A DNA stretch of 22,202 bases from Candidatus Thalassarchaeaceae archaeon (GCA_030747675.1 JASLKH010000097.1:1-22202), one strand, 5' to 3'. Positions 7,837 to 17,014 are shown, counted from the first letter of the stretch. Numbers and translations: made by a program. The notes: generated from the letters alone by a model not told the origin.

Positions 7837-8610
7837 ATGGAGCCTCCGTTCCGCAATGGACTATCATCTCGTACTCGCGAGAAGAAAGTGGGGGGTTGGT
7901 TAACAGGTATTTTTGGGTTTTATCTGATTTCTATGTTTCTCGTACCTGCACTATTACCTGCCAATTCTGTACCCGAATTATCAGGGCGCGCCAATACTTT
8001 GGATTATTATGACGAGGATGGATGGGGGAATAAAGAGCATCCTGAGGGTGGAGGGATGGGACATAACCAAAGCGAACATGGGGTATTCGAATGGAGTAAT
8101 TTGTCGAATCCATATTACTCATTTGTGTATGCATTTGGTGACTTCAATTGTCACCAAAAACATGAACGTTCATGGGAAATAAATGGTAACCAAATGCCCG
8201 TGTGCGTACGTGATGTAGGCATATTCCTCGGGTTAACCATAGGCGCGTGGTGGTGGTCAAGGCGTGGATTGAATCGATGGACATTGCGCGATTCATTCCT
8301 CACATTGTTACCCGATAGTAGAATACTAAACCTGTACCTAGTAGATCGACGAATGATTACAATGCTCGCAATTGGATTGGGAATGTCCTTACCTCTTGTT
8401 CTAGACGGTGGCATTCAAGCACTCACATCCTATGAATCAGTAAATCCCATGCGATTGGCAACTGGGATTCCATTTGGATTCATTATTTCGTGGTTCTTTG
8501 CAGCAAGCTTGTCTTCTCGCCCAGTAGATTTTGAGGGTAATCCGAGTAAAGTGAAATTGCCCAGTGGTGCTAGATTGATGTCTGAAAAACCATCAGATGA
8601 ATCTGAATGA
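7837..8610 (+). CDS. DUF2085-family predicted membrane protein
   Basis: CHQKHERSWEINGNQMPVCVRDVGIFLG signature, LDGGIQ and R-x-x-TG-x-x-FG motifs, several TM segments; 257 aa. Confidence 0.85.
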   Translation: MEPPFRNGLSSRTREKKVGGWLTGIFGFYLISMFLVPALLPANSVPELSGRANTLDYYDEDGWGNKEHPEGGGMGHNQSEHGVFEWSNLSNPYYSFVYAFGDFNCHQKHERSWEINGNQMPVCVRDVGIFLGLTIGAWWWSRRGLNRWTLRDSFLTLLPDSRILNLYLVDRRMITMLAIGLGMSLPLVLDGGIQALTSYESVNPMRLATGIPFGFIISWFFAASLSSRPVDFEGNPSKVKLPSGARLMSEKPSDESE

Positions 8611-8611
8611 T

Positions 8612-9970
8612 TTAGGTGGCACCATTGTGCCACCATTCCAATAATTCTTGGCGTGTAGAAGGTGAAGGAGTATTACTACAACCAGAACCCAGCAAAGACA
8701 AACGCGATAGACATGCGTCGAGTTGTTCTACTCTTTCTGGTGCTGGACGAGGACCAATGATACCTTTGAGAGCATGTTTCCAAGATGAATTGGGGTTGGA
8801 CTTCCTCCATTTCGACAATGATTCCTTTAGAGGCCAAAGCGCGATACCAATTCTTCCAAATGCTTGCCAATCAGGGCGTAATTCAGAACGTGAGGCGTCA
8901 CTACCCACTAAAGGACGGTGAATGCGCACCCACCCAGATTGCTCATGGAATATTTTCACCATCCGTCGTGTATGGCGATCAGTTACCATGCGAACTGGTC
9001 CTAACCATGAACGTAATTCACTAATTTCAACACCAGGTAGTAACGAAAGCGTCCCAACAATAGCGAGTACTGGATGGCTCAGAGGATCTGAAGGAGCATC
9101 TAACCTTGAAGGGGTCTCAGTGCCTTGAATGGCATCAATATACATCTGCGTAGAATCTCGAACTACCTCCCAAGGTTTACGAGAATCTAACCAATCCAAA
9201 TTGCTACGTGCAGGACGAGATTCAACGACATCGAGTGTAGTTTGCCCTCGCTGGGATGCCATTGCACGCCCAAGCAAATGCAAATCTACTTCCTCAGTCG
9301 ACACGTTCAACGGCACGGGCCGGTCATGCAGGAATCGACGAATCTCACCTTGCAACTTTTTCCTCAAATCGGATTTTTTTCCGTCATTAATTACAGGCCC
9401 AACAACACGGCCTTGGTTAAATGGAGATGGCATCGGAATATCTCCCCCCAAAAGAGCATGGTACCCTGCTCGAATTTTTATCTGGAATTCATCCGTTTCA
9501 AAATACTCTTGTTTACCAAGTGTCGACAAACGCAAAGTACCATGTTCAATCCGCCGTAATGCGGCTTCTGGATCGCAATCAACCCACACGCAAAGATCTG
9601 GGATCATTGCTGCTGCATTCATCCCTGCAACTTCTTCAATTCCCAAGTCACCGACAATTCCTTGATACACTAGGGAGGAGTGAACATTTCTCTCACTAAC
9701 AACAACATGGCCCTTAGAAAGTCGCGGTCGGATCCAAGTGTGTGAATGATCCATCCTGTCTGCTGCAAAGTAAACAGCCTCTCGAATTGGACCTGCTTCT
9801 CCAGTTTGGACTGCCTGTACAGCAAGCAAACCTAATTCTGCATCTCTCCTCGGTTCTGCAGTGATATCGACACCAGCAAACGTGAATTCCTGCTCAAGAA
9901 TTTCCGCAATCATTTGAGTTGCTAGACCCTTGCCAGAACCATCGCCACCTTCGATTGTGATGAGATACAT
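8612..9970 (-). CDS. tmk: Thymidylate (dTMP) kinase-like protein with an uncharacterised C-terminal extension of about 240 aa
   Basis: LITIEGGDGSGK P-loop, AEP, FAADRMDH, ERNVHSSLVYQG, PDLCVWVDCDPEAALRRI and EYFE..EFQ.KIRAGY motifs; GAGGTG RBS upstream; 452 aa. Confidence 0.8.
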   Translation of the reverse strand: MYLITIEGGDGSGKGLATQMIAEILEQEFTFAGVDITAEPRRDAELGLLAVQAVQTGEAGPIREAVYFAADRMDHSHTWIRPRLSKGHVVVSERNVHSSLVYQGIVGDLGIEEVAGMNAAAMIPDLCVWVDCDPEAALRRIEHGTLRLSTLGKQEYFETDEFQIKIRAGYHALLGGDIPMPSPFNQGRVVGPVINDGKKSDLRKKLQGEIRRFLHDRPVPLNVSTEEVDLHLLGRAMASQRGQTTLDVVESRPARSNLDWLDSRKPWEVVRDSTQMYIDAIQGTETPSRLDAPSDPLSHPVLAIVGTLSLLPGVEISELRSWLGPVRMVTDRHTRRMVKIFHEQSGWVRIHRPLVGSDASRSELRPDWQAFGRIGIALWPLKESLSKWRKSNPNSSWKHALKGIIGPRPAPERVEQLDACLSRLSLLGSGCSNTPSPSTRQELLEWWHNGAT

Positions 9971-9982
9971 CTTGGCACCTCA

Positions 9983-10771
9983 TCATTTGTCATCTTCAGT
10001 CCTATCTGCAAACTGATGCTTGGTCGCTGCAAGCATTCCCATTCCTGCCAATATCAAAAGTGGACCTATGAATATCCCACCTCTACTAAACAGGGCTAAT
10101 CCGCACAAATATTGCGTTCTTCGATAGTGCTGGCCCCGCTTTATTTCTGCGGCTCCGACTAAACCAACAAGAGCTGAAGTAATAGTTAGGATTGCTATAA
10201 CAGTCGCCAATACAACTGCTGAACCAAGGTTGCTTGAATGACGCCAATCTTCTGAAATTGTCCCTGAACCAGGGGACAAAGTCAATCCCAAATCCGATTG
10301 ATCACCTGGATTAAATGTGATTTCCATAGTTTTGTTACCCGGATGAGTTACTTCAAGAAGCAATGACTCAACTCTAACTCCAGACATTGTAAATCTACCA
10401 TCTCGATTAGAAGTAGCCTCATGTAAAGTTGCATCTCCATTGAGGTTCAAAATTCGTACGTAAACACCCTCTACAGGCCCTCCATCAGACCCATTTTCTT
10501 CGTCCAATGCTGAAAGAATTTGGCCGGTTACTACTTCTTCGTCTTTCGAACCAAATAATGGGCTATCGAGAACATCCGCTGGACTAGCTGCAATCAAAAG
10601 AACGCCGAACCACAACCCCAAAAGGGAACCTGTAACAACAAGTCCCATCGACATGCTGCGTGCCCATTCCAGGTCTTCTATACTGCCTGGCCCACGGCCA
10701 CGAATAACTGCGCGACTAATCTCTTCATTGGAATCAATAGTAACCACTAGTTCCACATCATCGTCCGACAT
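9983..10771 (-). CDS. Membrane protein with a carboxypeptidase-regulatory-like beta-sandwich loop
   Basis: About 3 TM segments flanking GGPVEGVYVRI...ATSNRDGRFTMSGV...LEVTHPG. ATG 10771 (G-rich RBS, no overlap with the upstream gene) is preferred over the track's 10798. Confidence 0.7.
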   Translation of the reverse strand: MSDDDVELVVTIDSNEEISRAVIRGRGPGSIEDLEWARSMSMGLVVTGSLLGLWFGVLLIAASPADVLDSPLFGSKDEEVVTGQILSALDEENGSDGGPVEGVYVRILNLNGDATLHEATSNRDGRFTMSGVRVESLLLEVTHPGNKTMEITFNPGDQSDLGLTLSPGSGTISEDWRHSSNLGSAVVLATVIAILTITSALVGLVGAAEIKRGQHYRRTQYLCGLALFSRGGIFIGPLLILAGMGMLAATKHQFADRTEDDK

Positions 10772-10787
10772 ACTACCCCCCCTTGTA

Positions 10788-11777
10788 TCACGGGTCACGC
10801 TCGCCGTCCTTCAAGTTCATGGCTCCTTGGGCCAATCGATGGAGGAATAGTCCGGTGGCACTCAGTGCCAATATAACCAAGAATACTGTGCTTAAACTCA
10901 ATTCTTCTGCCGTGTTTTCCACTTCAATACCTGGCGTGTTTGTATCTGGAACTTGGGTAGATGGTGGTGTTGTCAGATTTATCCGATACATTGATGGCCA
11001 TTTTTTGCCAGTAACCCACAATTCCTGATTTTGTTCATCCCAAGCAATCCCATTCAACGCTTCTGCAGACGAGTCATTTGGCCGTAATGAAGAGGCGTCA
11101 ATCTCCATCACAACCACGCCAGTCCCTGGATCAATAGCAACTATTGTGTCTGAATGATACACATTTGCAAAAATTAATCCATCAATACACTCTAATTCAT
11201 TCAATTTATCGCGGGGGGTACCATTGAGAGTTACATTGACAGATTCAATAATTTCGAACGTTGATTCATTCCGAAATATCAATTTATCACTGCCATCCGA
11301 CATTACTAATCGGTTCCCATCATGACATAAACCCCAACCTTCACCATCATAGGAATAATTTGTCAATTCATCAAATGTTTCAGACTCAAAGCGGAAGGCA
11401 GTACCATTCTTCCAAGTTAACATGATAATCTCATTTCCCACAAACGCAATTCCCTCTCCGAATATTGATTCATTAAGAGCGACAATGCGTGAAACATTAC
11501 CATCATCGGGGTTGACCTCGCGGAGGGACGATGATCCGTACAACCCTGTTGATTCAAACAAACGGCCGTTGTAGAACGTCAACCCTTGAGTATAAGCATC
11601 GGAATCATGAGGGATTGTTTCAACGATTTCAACCAAAAGTTGCTCGGGTCGAACTGATGATGATTGGGAGTTTTCATTCGCAACATTAGTCGGGAAAATC
11701 GAAATCGTAAACATGGCCGTCAAAAGCAATGCTGCGGCCCGAATTCGAGAGATATCCGAGTTGTGGAAGCCACCCAT
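10788..11777 (-). CDS. Glutaminyl-peptide cyclotransferase (type I, plant/bacterial five-bladed propeller), signal peptide plus C-terminal TM anchor
   Basis: PHDSDAYTQGL, FESTGLYG, FGEG, LTWK, EGWGL, SDGS, LNELE, LNGIAWD and VTGKKWP motifs. Start is ATG 11777 (28 bp from the TATA centre) or 11795 as in the track. Confidence 0.93.
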   Translation of the reverse strand: MGGFHNSDISRIRAAALLLTAMFTISIFPTNVANENSQSSSVRPEQLLVEIVETIPHDSDAYTQGLTFYNGRLFESTGLYGSSSLREVNPDDGNVSRIVALNESIFGEGIAFVGNEIIMLTWKNGTAFRFESETFDELTNYSYDGEGWGLCHDGNRLVMSDGSDKLIFRNESTFEIIESVNVTLNGTPRDKLNELECIDGLIFANVYHSDTIVAIDPGTGVVVMEIDASSLRPNDSSAEALNGIAWDEQNQELWVTGKKWPSMYRINLTTPPSTQVPDTNTPGIEVENTAEELSLSTVFLVILALSATGLFLHRLAQGAMNLKDGERDP

Positions 11778-11800
11778 GTATGAACAATGCTCCATTGTGA

Positions 11801-11809
11801 GTTAAATAC
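11801..11809. promoter_or_regulatory. Putative bidirectional TATA box (TTAAATA / TATTTAA) between the glutaminyl cyclase and peptidase genes
   Basis: The only strong AT box in the short divergent intergenic gap; purine-rich (BRE-like) flank upstream on each strand. Confidence 0.5.
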
Positions 11810-11825
11810 CTCTTCGGACACAAGA

Positions 11826-11852
11826 CTGCCGGAACACGTAGTGTTCCAGCAG
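11826..11852. repeat. Inverted repeat CTGC-C-GGAACAC-GTA-GTGTTCC-A-GCAG
   Basis: Perfect 7-bp core (11831-11837 / 11841-11847), 11 of 12 pairs overall, 3-nt loop; abuts the AGGGGG RBS of the peptidase gene. Confidence 0.7.
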
Positions 11853-11862
11853 GGGGATATCC

Positions 11863-14800
11863 GTGGCGACGCAAAAACTCTTCAGAAAACAAACCAAAAG
11901 TCTCCTCATCATTTCAATAATGATTCTAGCTTCATTGCTACCATTAGCCTCTGCCAATGAGGCTGAAGAAAGCAGTAGCCAAACTGGATGGGAACCAGTA
12001 GTATACTCACTGGAGGGTTTTGATCCTGAAACGATGGGTAAGGCGTATTTATTCACCAATGGAAGTGAACCACTTTACAGTGCAACTAGATTTCTGAAGC
12101 AGCAATGGCAGGATGATGATTACCCTCAACTTCGTTTACCTTTTGAAGAAACTACTGGCCGTACATCTGCTCGTGCTTGTGAAAATGCTTGGTCGACGGG
12201 CACTGCAGGCACGGTACAAACTACGGGAGGTCAGATCTCAGTTACTGCAATGCATGTCACCCAAAATGCTGCCATATTAATTGAGAGTGGGCAATCTGTT
12301 TCATCCACGACACTGAACAATATTGGTTCAACATGGGAGACTACCATCTACCCAACTAACACCAATTACTTTGGAAATCCACCGGACGTGGATAACAACT
12401 GCCAGATTGAAATTGTAATCTACGCCATAGATGGCCCTTCAAACATTGGTGGTTATTTCATGCCAGGCATGTCTGCAACGCGTGAAACAATCTATGTTGA
12501 TATCGATGATTTGGGTAGTGCATCGTGGAGAAATACTGTATTAGCTCATGAATTTGAGCATTTATTGCATAACGCAAGAGATCCTTTCGAATATGCATGG
12601 GTTGATGAAGGGAACGCTGACATGGCATCTTTCCTCAATTTTGGTGCATCCGATGGAGTCATTGGCCATGCAAATGCATGGGCTACAAATTCAACCTGTA
12701 GTGTCCGTTGGTGGAATCAAAGAGATGATGGTTGTGATTATGGTGGTGGATTCCTATTCATGCTGTTCCTAGCTGATAACCTAGGAGGTGGATCTGCTAT
12801 TCAACAACTGGTTGCAGATAGTCGGACAGGAGGTAATGCAATTGTACATCTAGCACAAACACTCGGACCTGGTGCAACACCGATTGGCCAAACAATGTCT
12901 GATATCTTTGCAAACTTCAGTGCATCCATGGTCCTTGATCATGGGACGCAAGCAGAATTTGGGCTGGATAATATCGACATGTTTGAAACATGTGGGAGCA
13001 CTGTGTTCTGCCGTTTGCAACTTGAAGCGTCCAACCTAAATTGGGCAACCATGTGGAATGGAGGACCATATGACACCGAAGGATGGGGAGTCAGTGCGTT
13101 TAGATTCAAAGATGGGACTGGAGCACCGTTGAACATTAAGGTCCAACCTACCGAGATTGGATTCGCAGGTGCGATGTTGAAAAAAGATGCAAATTCAGGA
13201 GCATGGTCAATGGAGCGACTTCGATTCGACCCAGCAACAGGAGTAGGAACTGGGCTTATCCCTGGATTTGGAAATGTTACCGATGATGTTTATCTCATAG
13301 TATGGTATGAAAGTCAAGTTGATGATTGCGACTATACTCAACCAAATTGTAATTTCCCAGGCTCTCCAGTTTATCCAATTGCATCATACAATGTATTCGC
13401 TGGATTAATCACAGAACCTGCCACAATTTCACTAACTGATGAAATTACGTCAGATCGTGATGGGGATGCTCTTGACGACACTGTCCAAGTAGATTTTGAA
13501 GTCAATTCTTCTGCATTCTATGAAGTATTAGATGTTGAAATGAAGGTCTATGTGAACAATACACTGCAAGATTCAATGGACATTTCACTTGATGCAGGGA
13601 ATAGTATCCCTACACAAAGTAGTGTATGGTTTACACCCCCCTGGGATGGTGATTGGACCCTACGCTTCACAATGCGGAATCAACTTGGTGAAGTTGTTGA
13701 TGAGGCATTGGCTATCCCACCAACTTTACACAACATGGCCCCAGTATCTGTTGGAACTGCTGCATCGAACGAAACACAAACATGGTTGGGTTTGCAATTC
13801 TTCGGCGCTGGTTATGACCTATGGGGACTTGGATTGACAAATGAAACATTCACTCACAACGTTACACCAATTGGATATTTATGGGACTTCGATGATGGTG
13901 CCTCGGGATCTGGATTAAAGGACCCATTGCGAGCATGGCAAAATGAAGGAAGTTACAATGTAACCTTACGCGTCAAGGACCAAGGTGGCTACCTAAGCCC
14001 GGTTCAGACTTGGACGATTAATGTCTCAGATACAGTAATGCCCATCCCAAAAATTAGCGTGGGCTCTCCCCCTGCTCCAATTTCCAACCCTTATGTGCTT
14101 CTTACCTCACAACGAGTGCAATTCTCTGCTACTCAAACGGAAGACAATGTTCCATTAGAACATTTGACATTCACATGGGACTTCGGTGACGGGACAATAG
14201 AAAGTGGTGTTGGACTATATTCGACATCCCATGAATGGGGGGTTGGCTCATCAAATGGCACACCATATAGCCTAAAATTAACAGTGAATGATGGAACATT
14301 CGAAACTAACGTCTCAGTTATTGTTTTAATTATGAATCGTGTACCTCGACAAATTTGGTTTGATGAAATGGAAACTCACACCCTTACGCCATTACAATTA
14401 CCAAACATCTTCACAGATGACGATGGAACAATTGTATCTACTCAATGGTGGTTTGACGAAGATGTCAACCTAGACGGTGGAATTGTAACAATGGGGTCAA
14501 CATTCAACACAAACCAAAGCACTGATGCAAACCCAACACCTGCTTGGTCAACGACTGGGATGAAGAATGTGACAATTTTCGCTACAGATGATGCAGGAGA
14601 TACATCAATGGGAATCGTTAGTATCAATGTTTTGAATCAAAAACCAGTCGCAATTTTCCCCCGGCCTAGTGACGGTACAACCAATACCATGTACACATTC
14701 CTATCATCATCGTTTGATCCAGATGGTAACACCGCTAATCTGCTACACAATTGGACCATTACAGGAGTTGGGACACCAATCACGAATAATCAAGCCACGC

Positions 14801-16029
14801 ATCTCTTTGAAGAGCCTGGACAATATACTGTGACTCTTGTTGTTACAGACGAACGAGGTGATGATTCACTACCAAAAAGCTACATTATCCACATAGCCAA
14901 CCCTCTTCCAATTCCAATCATGGATGTCAGAGAAGCATGGCTGAATGATGAGCCTCTTCAAGTCCCCGGTTCTAGTGAAATTGAATATCAATGGCGCCGT
15001 GGATTCACCCAAAATGGAGAACTTTTCGTTGCACCTGGAGCAGTACTATACTTTTCATCAAATGGATCGCATGATGGAGATATTGCATATTCCGGTATGC
15101 TTAATCCTGACCCGATGGCCATGGATTGGAACGGAATTACTGAAACCATCTGGGACTGGGGTGATGCATCGCCACCAACCACCACAACAAATGCATGGCA
15201 TATGTTCGACCTCCCCGGATTGTACACTGTCACATTAACAGTTAGAGACGGCTTTGGTATGGGAGATACAAATACCACAACAATCGATGTGTGGGTGTCA
15301 AGCGCCCCAGTAATCACCTCTGAAACAATCAGTGATGTTGATTTCGTGATAGTGGAAGAAATCAACGTCTTTGTTGGTTCGGCAGAAGATGCTGACATCA
15401 TTAACAACATCATGGCATGGAGAGATAATGATGTCACCTTTGATTCAGATGGCGACTCAATTACAGATAACGACAAAGATGTAAATTTGAATTATGACCT
15501 CACATATTGGTGGGATATTGACGACAGCGTCGATGCAGATGAAAATGGGAATCTGTTTGATGATTGGGTGACTAGCGACGTTCGCAGTGGGCGTGGAATT
15601 GATGCATTCTGGAACGATACTTCTGAGGTGAAAATAATCCTCATGGTTTGTGATGGAACCAATGTTTGTACAACTGAAGTCTATGAAATCAATGTTCGTT
15701 CAAGTAGTTCCGGGAGCGGAGGGGGCGTTGATGATTTGTCCATATCGGACTTGATGCCGTCCACTGATTCAGGTAGCTTGTACATCTTTATCCTCATCAT
15801 TTTGGTATTGACACTTGGATGGCTAGTCATGCGTCAGCCAGAGGAAGTTGAAGTTGATGCTGAAGATGCTGCAAGCACATACGATGTAGCAGAGGTCCAT
15901 ACCGAAGGAGGGATTCTTGGTATGGATCAACACACACCCCCACCCAAACCAAAACATCTGGGTCAAGATGATAGAAGAAGTAAGGAATCTGGCTACGTAC
16001 GACCAGTCACAAGCAGAAGGCGACGGTGA
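11863..16029 (+). CDS. Cell-surface zinc metallopeptidase (M30-like gluzincin) with about 5-6 PKD-like domains and a C-terminal TM anchor
   Basis: Signal peptide ending PLASA; IYPTNTNYFG..DVDNN..GGYF; HEFEH (12547-12561) plus WVDEG (Glu at 12607-12609); repeated WDFDDG/WDFGDG/WDWGD...Y.VTL.V.D PKD motifs; DxDxD Ca-type loops; TM LYIFILIILVLTLGWLVM; GTG start with AGGGGG RBS; 1388 aa. Confidence 0.85.
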   Translation: MATQKLFRKQTKSLLIISIMILASLLPLASANEAEESSSQTGWEPVVYSLEGFDPETMGKAYLFTNGSEPLYSATRFLKQQWQDDDYPQLRLPFEETTGRTSARACENAWSTGTAGTVQTTGGQISVTAMHVTQNAAILIESGQSVSSTTLNNIGSTWETTIYPTNTNYFGNPPDVDNNCQIEIVIYAIDGPSNIGGYFMPGMSATRETIYVDIDDLGSASWRNTVLAHEFEHLLHNARDPFEYAWVDEGNADMASFLNFGASDGVIGHANAWATNSTCSVRWWNQRDDGCDYGGGFLFMLFLADNLGGGSAIQQLVADSRTGGNAIVHLAQTLGPGATPIGQTMSDIFANFSASMVLDHGTQAEFGLDNIDMFETCGSTVFCRLQLEASNLNWATMWNGGPYDTEGWGVSAFRFKDGTGAPLNIKVQPTEIGFAGAMLKKDANSGAWSMERLRFDPATGVGTGLIPGFGNVTDDVYLIVWYESQVDDCDYTQPNCNFPGSPVYPIASYNVFAGLITEPATISLTDEITSDRDGDALDDTVQVDFEVNSSAFYEVLDVEMKVYVNNTLQDSMDISLDAGNSIPTQSSVWFTPPWDGDWTLRFTMRNQLGEVVDEALAIPPTLHNMAPVSVGTAASNETQTWLGLQFFGAGYDLWGLGLTNETFTHNVTPIGYLWDFDDGASGSGLKDPLRAWQNEGSYNVTLRVKDQGGYLSPVQTWTINVSDTVMPIPKISVGSPPAPISNPYVLLTSQRVQFSATQTEDNVPLEHLTFTWDFGDGTIESGVGLYSTSHEWGVGSSNGTPYSLKLTVNDGTFETNVSVIVLIMNRVPRQIWFDEMETHTLTPLQLPNIFTDDDGTIVSTQWWFDEDVNLDGGIVTMGSTFNTNQSTDANPTPAWSTTGMKNVTIFATDDAGDTSMGIVSINVLNQKPVAIFPRPSDGTTNTMYTFLSSSFDPDGNTANLLHNWTITGVGTPITNNQATHLFEEPGQYTVTLVVTDERGDDSLPKSYIIHIANPLPIPIMDVREAWLNDEPLQVPGSSEIEYQWRRGFTQNGELFVAPGAVLYFSSNGSHDGDIAYSGMLNPDPMAMDWNGITETIWDWGDASPPTTTTNAWHMFDLPGLYTVTLTVRDGFGMGDTNTTTIDVWVSSAPVITSETISDVDFVIVEEINVFVGSAEDADIINNIMAWRDNDVTFDSDGDSITDNDKDVNLNYDLTYWWDIDDSVDADENGNLFDDWVTSDVRSGRGIDAFWNDTSEVKIILMVCDGTNVCTTEVYEINVRSSSSGSGGGVDDLSISDLMPSTDSGSLYIFILIILVLTLGWLVMRQPEEVEVDAEDAASTYDVAEVHTEGGILGMDQHTPPPKPKHLGQDDRRSKESGYVRPVTSRRRR

Positions 16030-16033
16030 TTAC

Positions 16034-17014
16034 ATGCAAATGATCCGGCGACAAACGGTCGTGTCTGCTGTCGCCGTGATGATTTTATTACCCATGTTGA
16101 CTATTATTTCTCAATCTATTGGGATTGATATGATTGGGGCTGCACAAGCAGCATCCGATTGTTCTCTTTCAGGAGATGATAGTGCACCAGCATGGGGTTC
16201 AACTGTTGACAAAGATGAGCTCACAGGAGGTGGTTTTAGAAATTCAGACGACAGGTATGAATTTGGAGATATGGATGAGGGTGATTGGGATGAAGGAGGT
16301 AAAGATATGAATCGATTGATTCATTCCTTCCACACCTCATTTGTGATAGGAAATGATTCCGCTGTCTCTCTGAGAATGAATATGACTACCGGCTACAAGT
16401 ACACATTTTGTATCAACCTACAACCTGTGATTGGAGAAGCAAATCAACAAGAACCAACTGGCGATGTATATCTGCTCCAAGAATATGATTATGAGCGATA
16501 TGCCTTTGATTTTGACTCCCGTAATAATGAATTTGGGGGCTTTCGCTCAGATATTCAACATTCACCTCCTGTCATTCAAAACATCCTTTTTTGGCACCCA
16601 TTCAGAGATGTTCATGCCTATGAAAAAATCGATAATGTTGACTTTTCGGTAGCATTGGATCACGATGAAACTAGTAGTACTTGGGACCCCTTTTCAGATA
16701 AGCCACCTCAGCATAGGTCAATGTATCTGATTATCGATGGATGGGATAATATTAGGGATTACGATAGTGAAGAAATCAACCGAAATATGACCGCAGATGT
16801 CACCGTAGTTGTTGAAGAGCGATTCGCCCTCCCCAATTGGACCGTCGCAGTAATCTGTTGTGGTAGTTTGTTGGCTATTTTAGCAGCCCCATTCTTAGTC
16901 CATCATAGGTACATGAAAGCGGGTATGCCCGAAAATGTAACTGGTGACTTAATGCCTCACTTAGAAACTGAAGCTGAAAGAGATTCACTCCCTTCAATGA
17001 AAAGCGTTGACTAA
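16034..17014 (+). CDS. Hypothetical surface protein (signal peptide, acidic extracellular domain, C-terminal TM)
   Basis: GGTGA RBS (16025-16029) overlaps the upstream stop, which supports ATG 16034 rather than the track's 15917. N-terminal hydrophobic segment ending AAQA; TM WTVAVICCGSLLAILAAPFLV; about 326 aa. Confidence 0.75.
   Translation: MQMIRRQTVVSAVAVMILLPMLTIISQSIGIDMIGAAQAASDCSLSGDDSAPAWGSTVDKDELTGGGFRNSDDRYEFGDMDEGDWDEGGKDMNRLIHSFHTSFVIGNDSAVSLRMNMTTGYKYTFCINLQPVIGEANQQEPTGDVYLLQEYDYERYAFDFDSRNNEFGGFRSDIQHSPPVIQNILFWHPFRDVHAYEKIDNVDFSVALDHDETSSTWDPFSDKPPQHRSMYLIIDGWDNIRDYDSEEINRNMTADVTVVVEERFALPNWTVAVICCGSLLAILAAPFLVHHRYMKAGMPENVTGDLMPHLETEAERDSLPSMKSVD

Noticed and set aside
9129-9665. 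178-aa + strand ORF
   Set aside because: Antisense to tmk; Ser/Arg-rich shadow composition.
9976-9990. TGATGA on the - strand as a C box of a C/D sRNA
   Set aside because: It is the upstream stop codon plus the GAGGTG RBS of tmk, with no matching D box or free space.
13870-15660. Recurring TGGGAC-type sequences as a DNA repeat array or CRISPR
   Set aside because: They are codons for the W-D-F/W-G motifs of PKD domains, irregularly spaced and inside a CDS.
11863-16200. Neighbouring secreted proteins as direct substrates of the glutaminyl cyclase
   Set aside because: Predicted mature N-termini begin with Asn (ASA|NEAE) and Ala (AQA|ASDC), not Gln.
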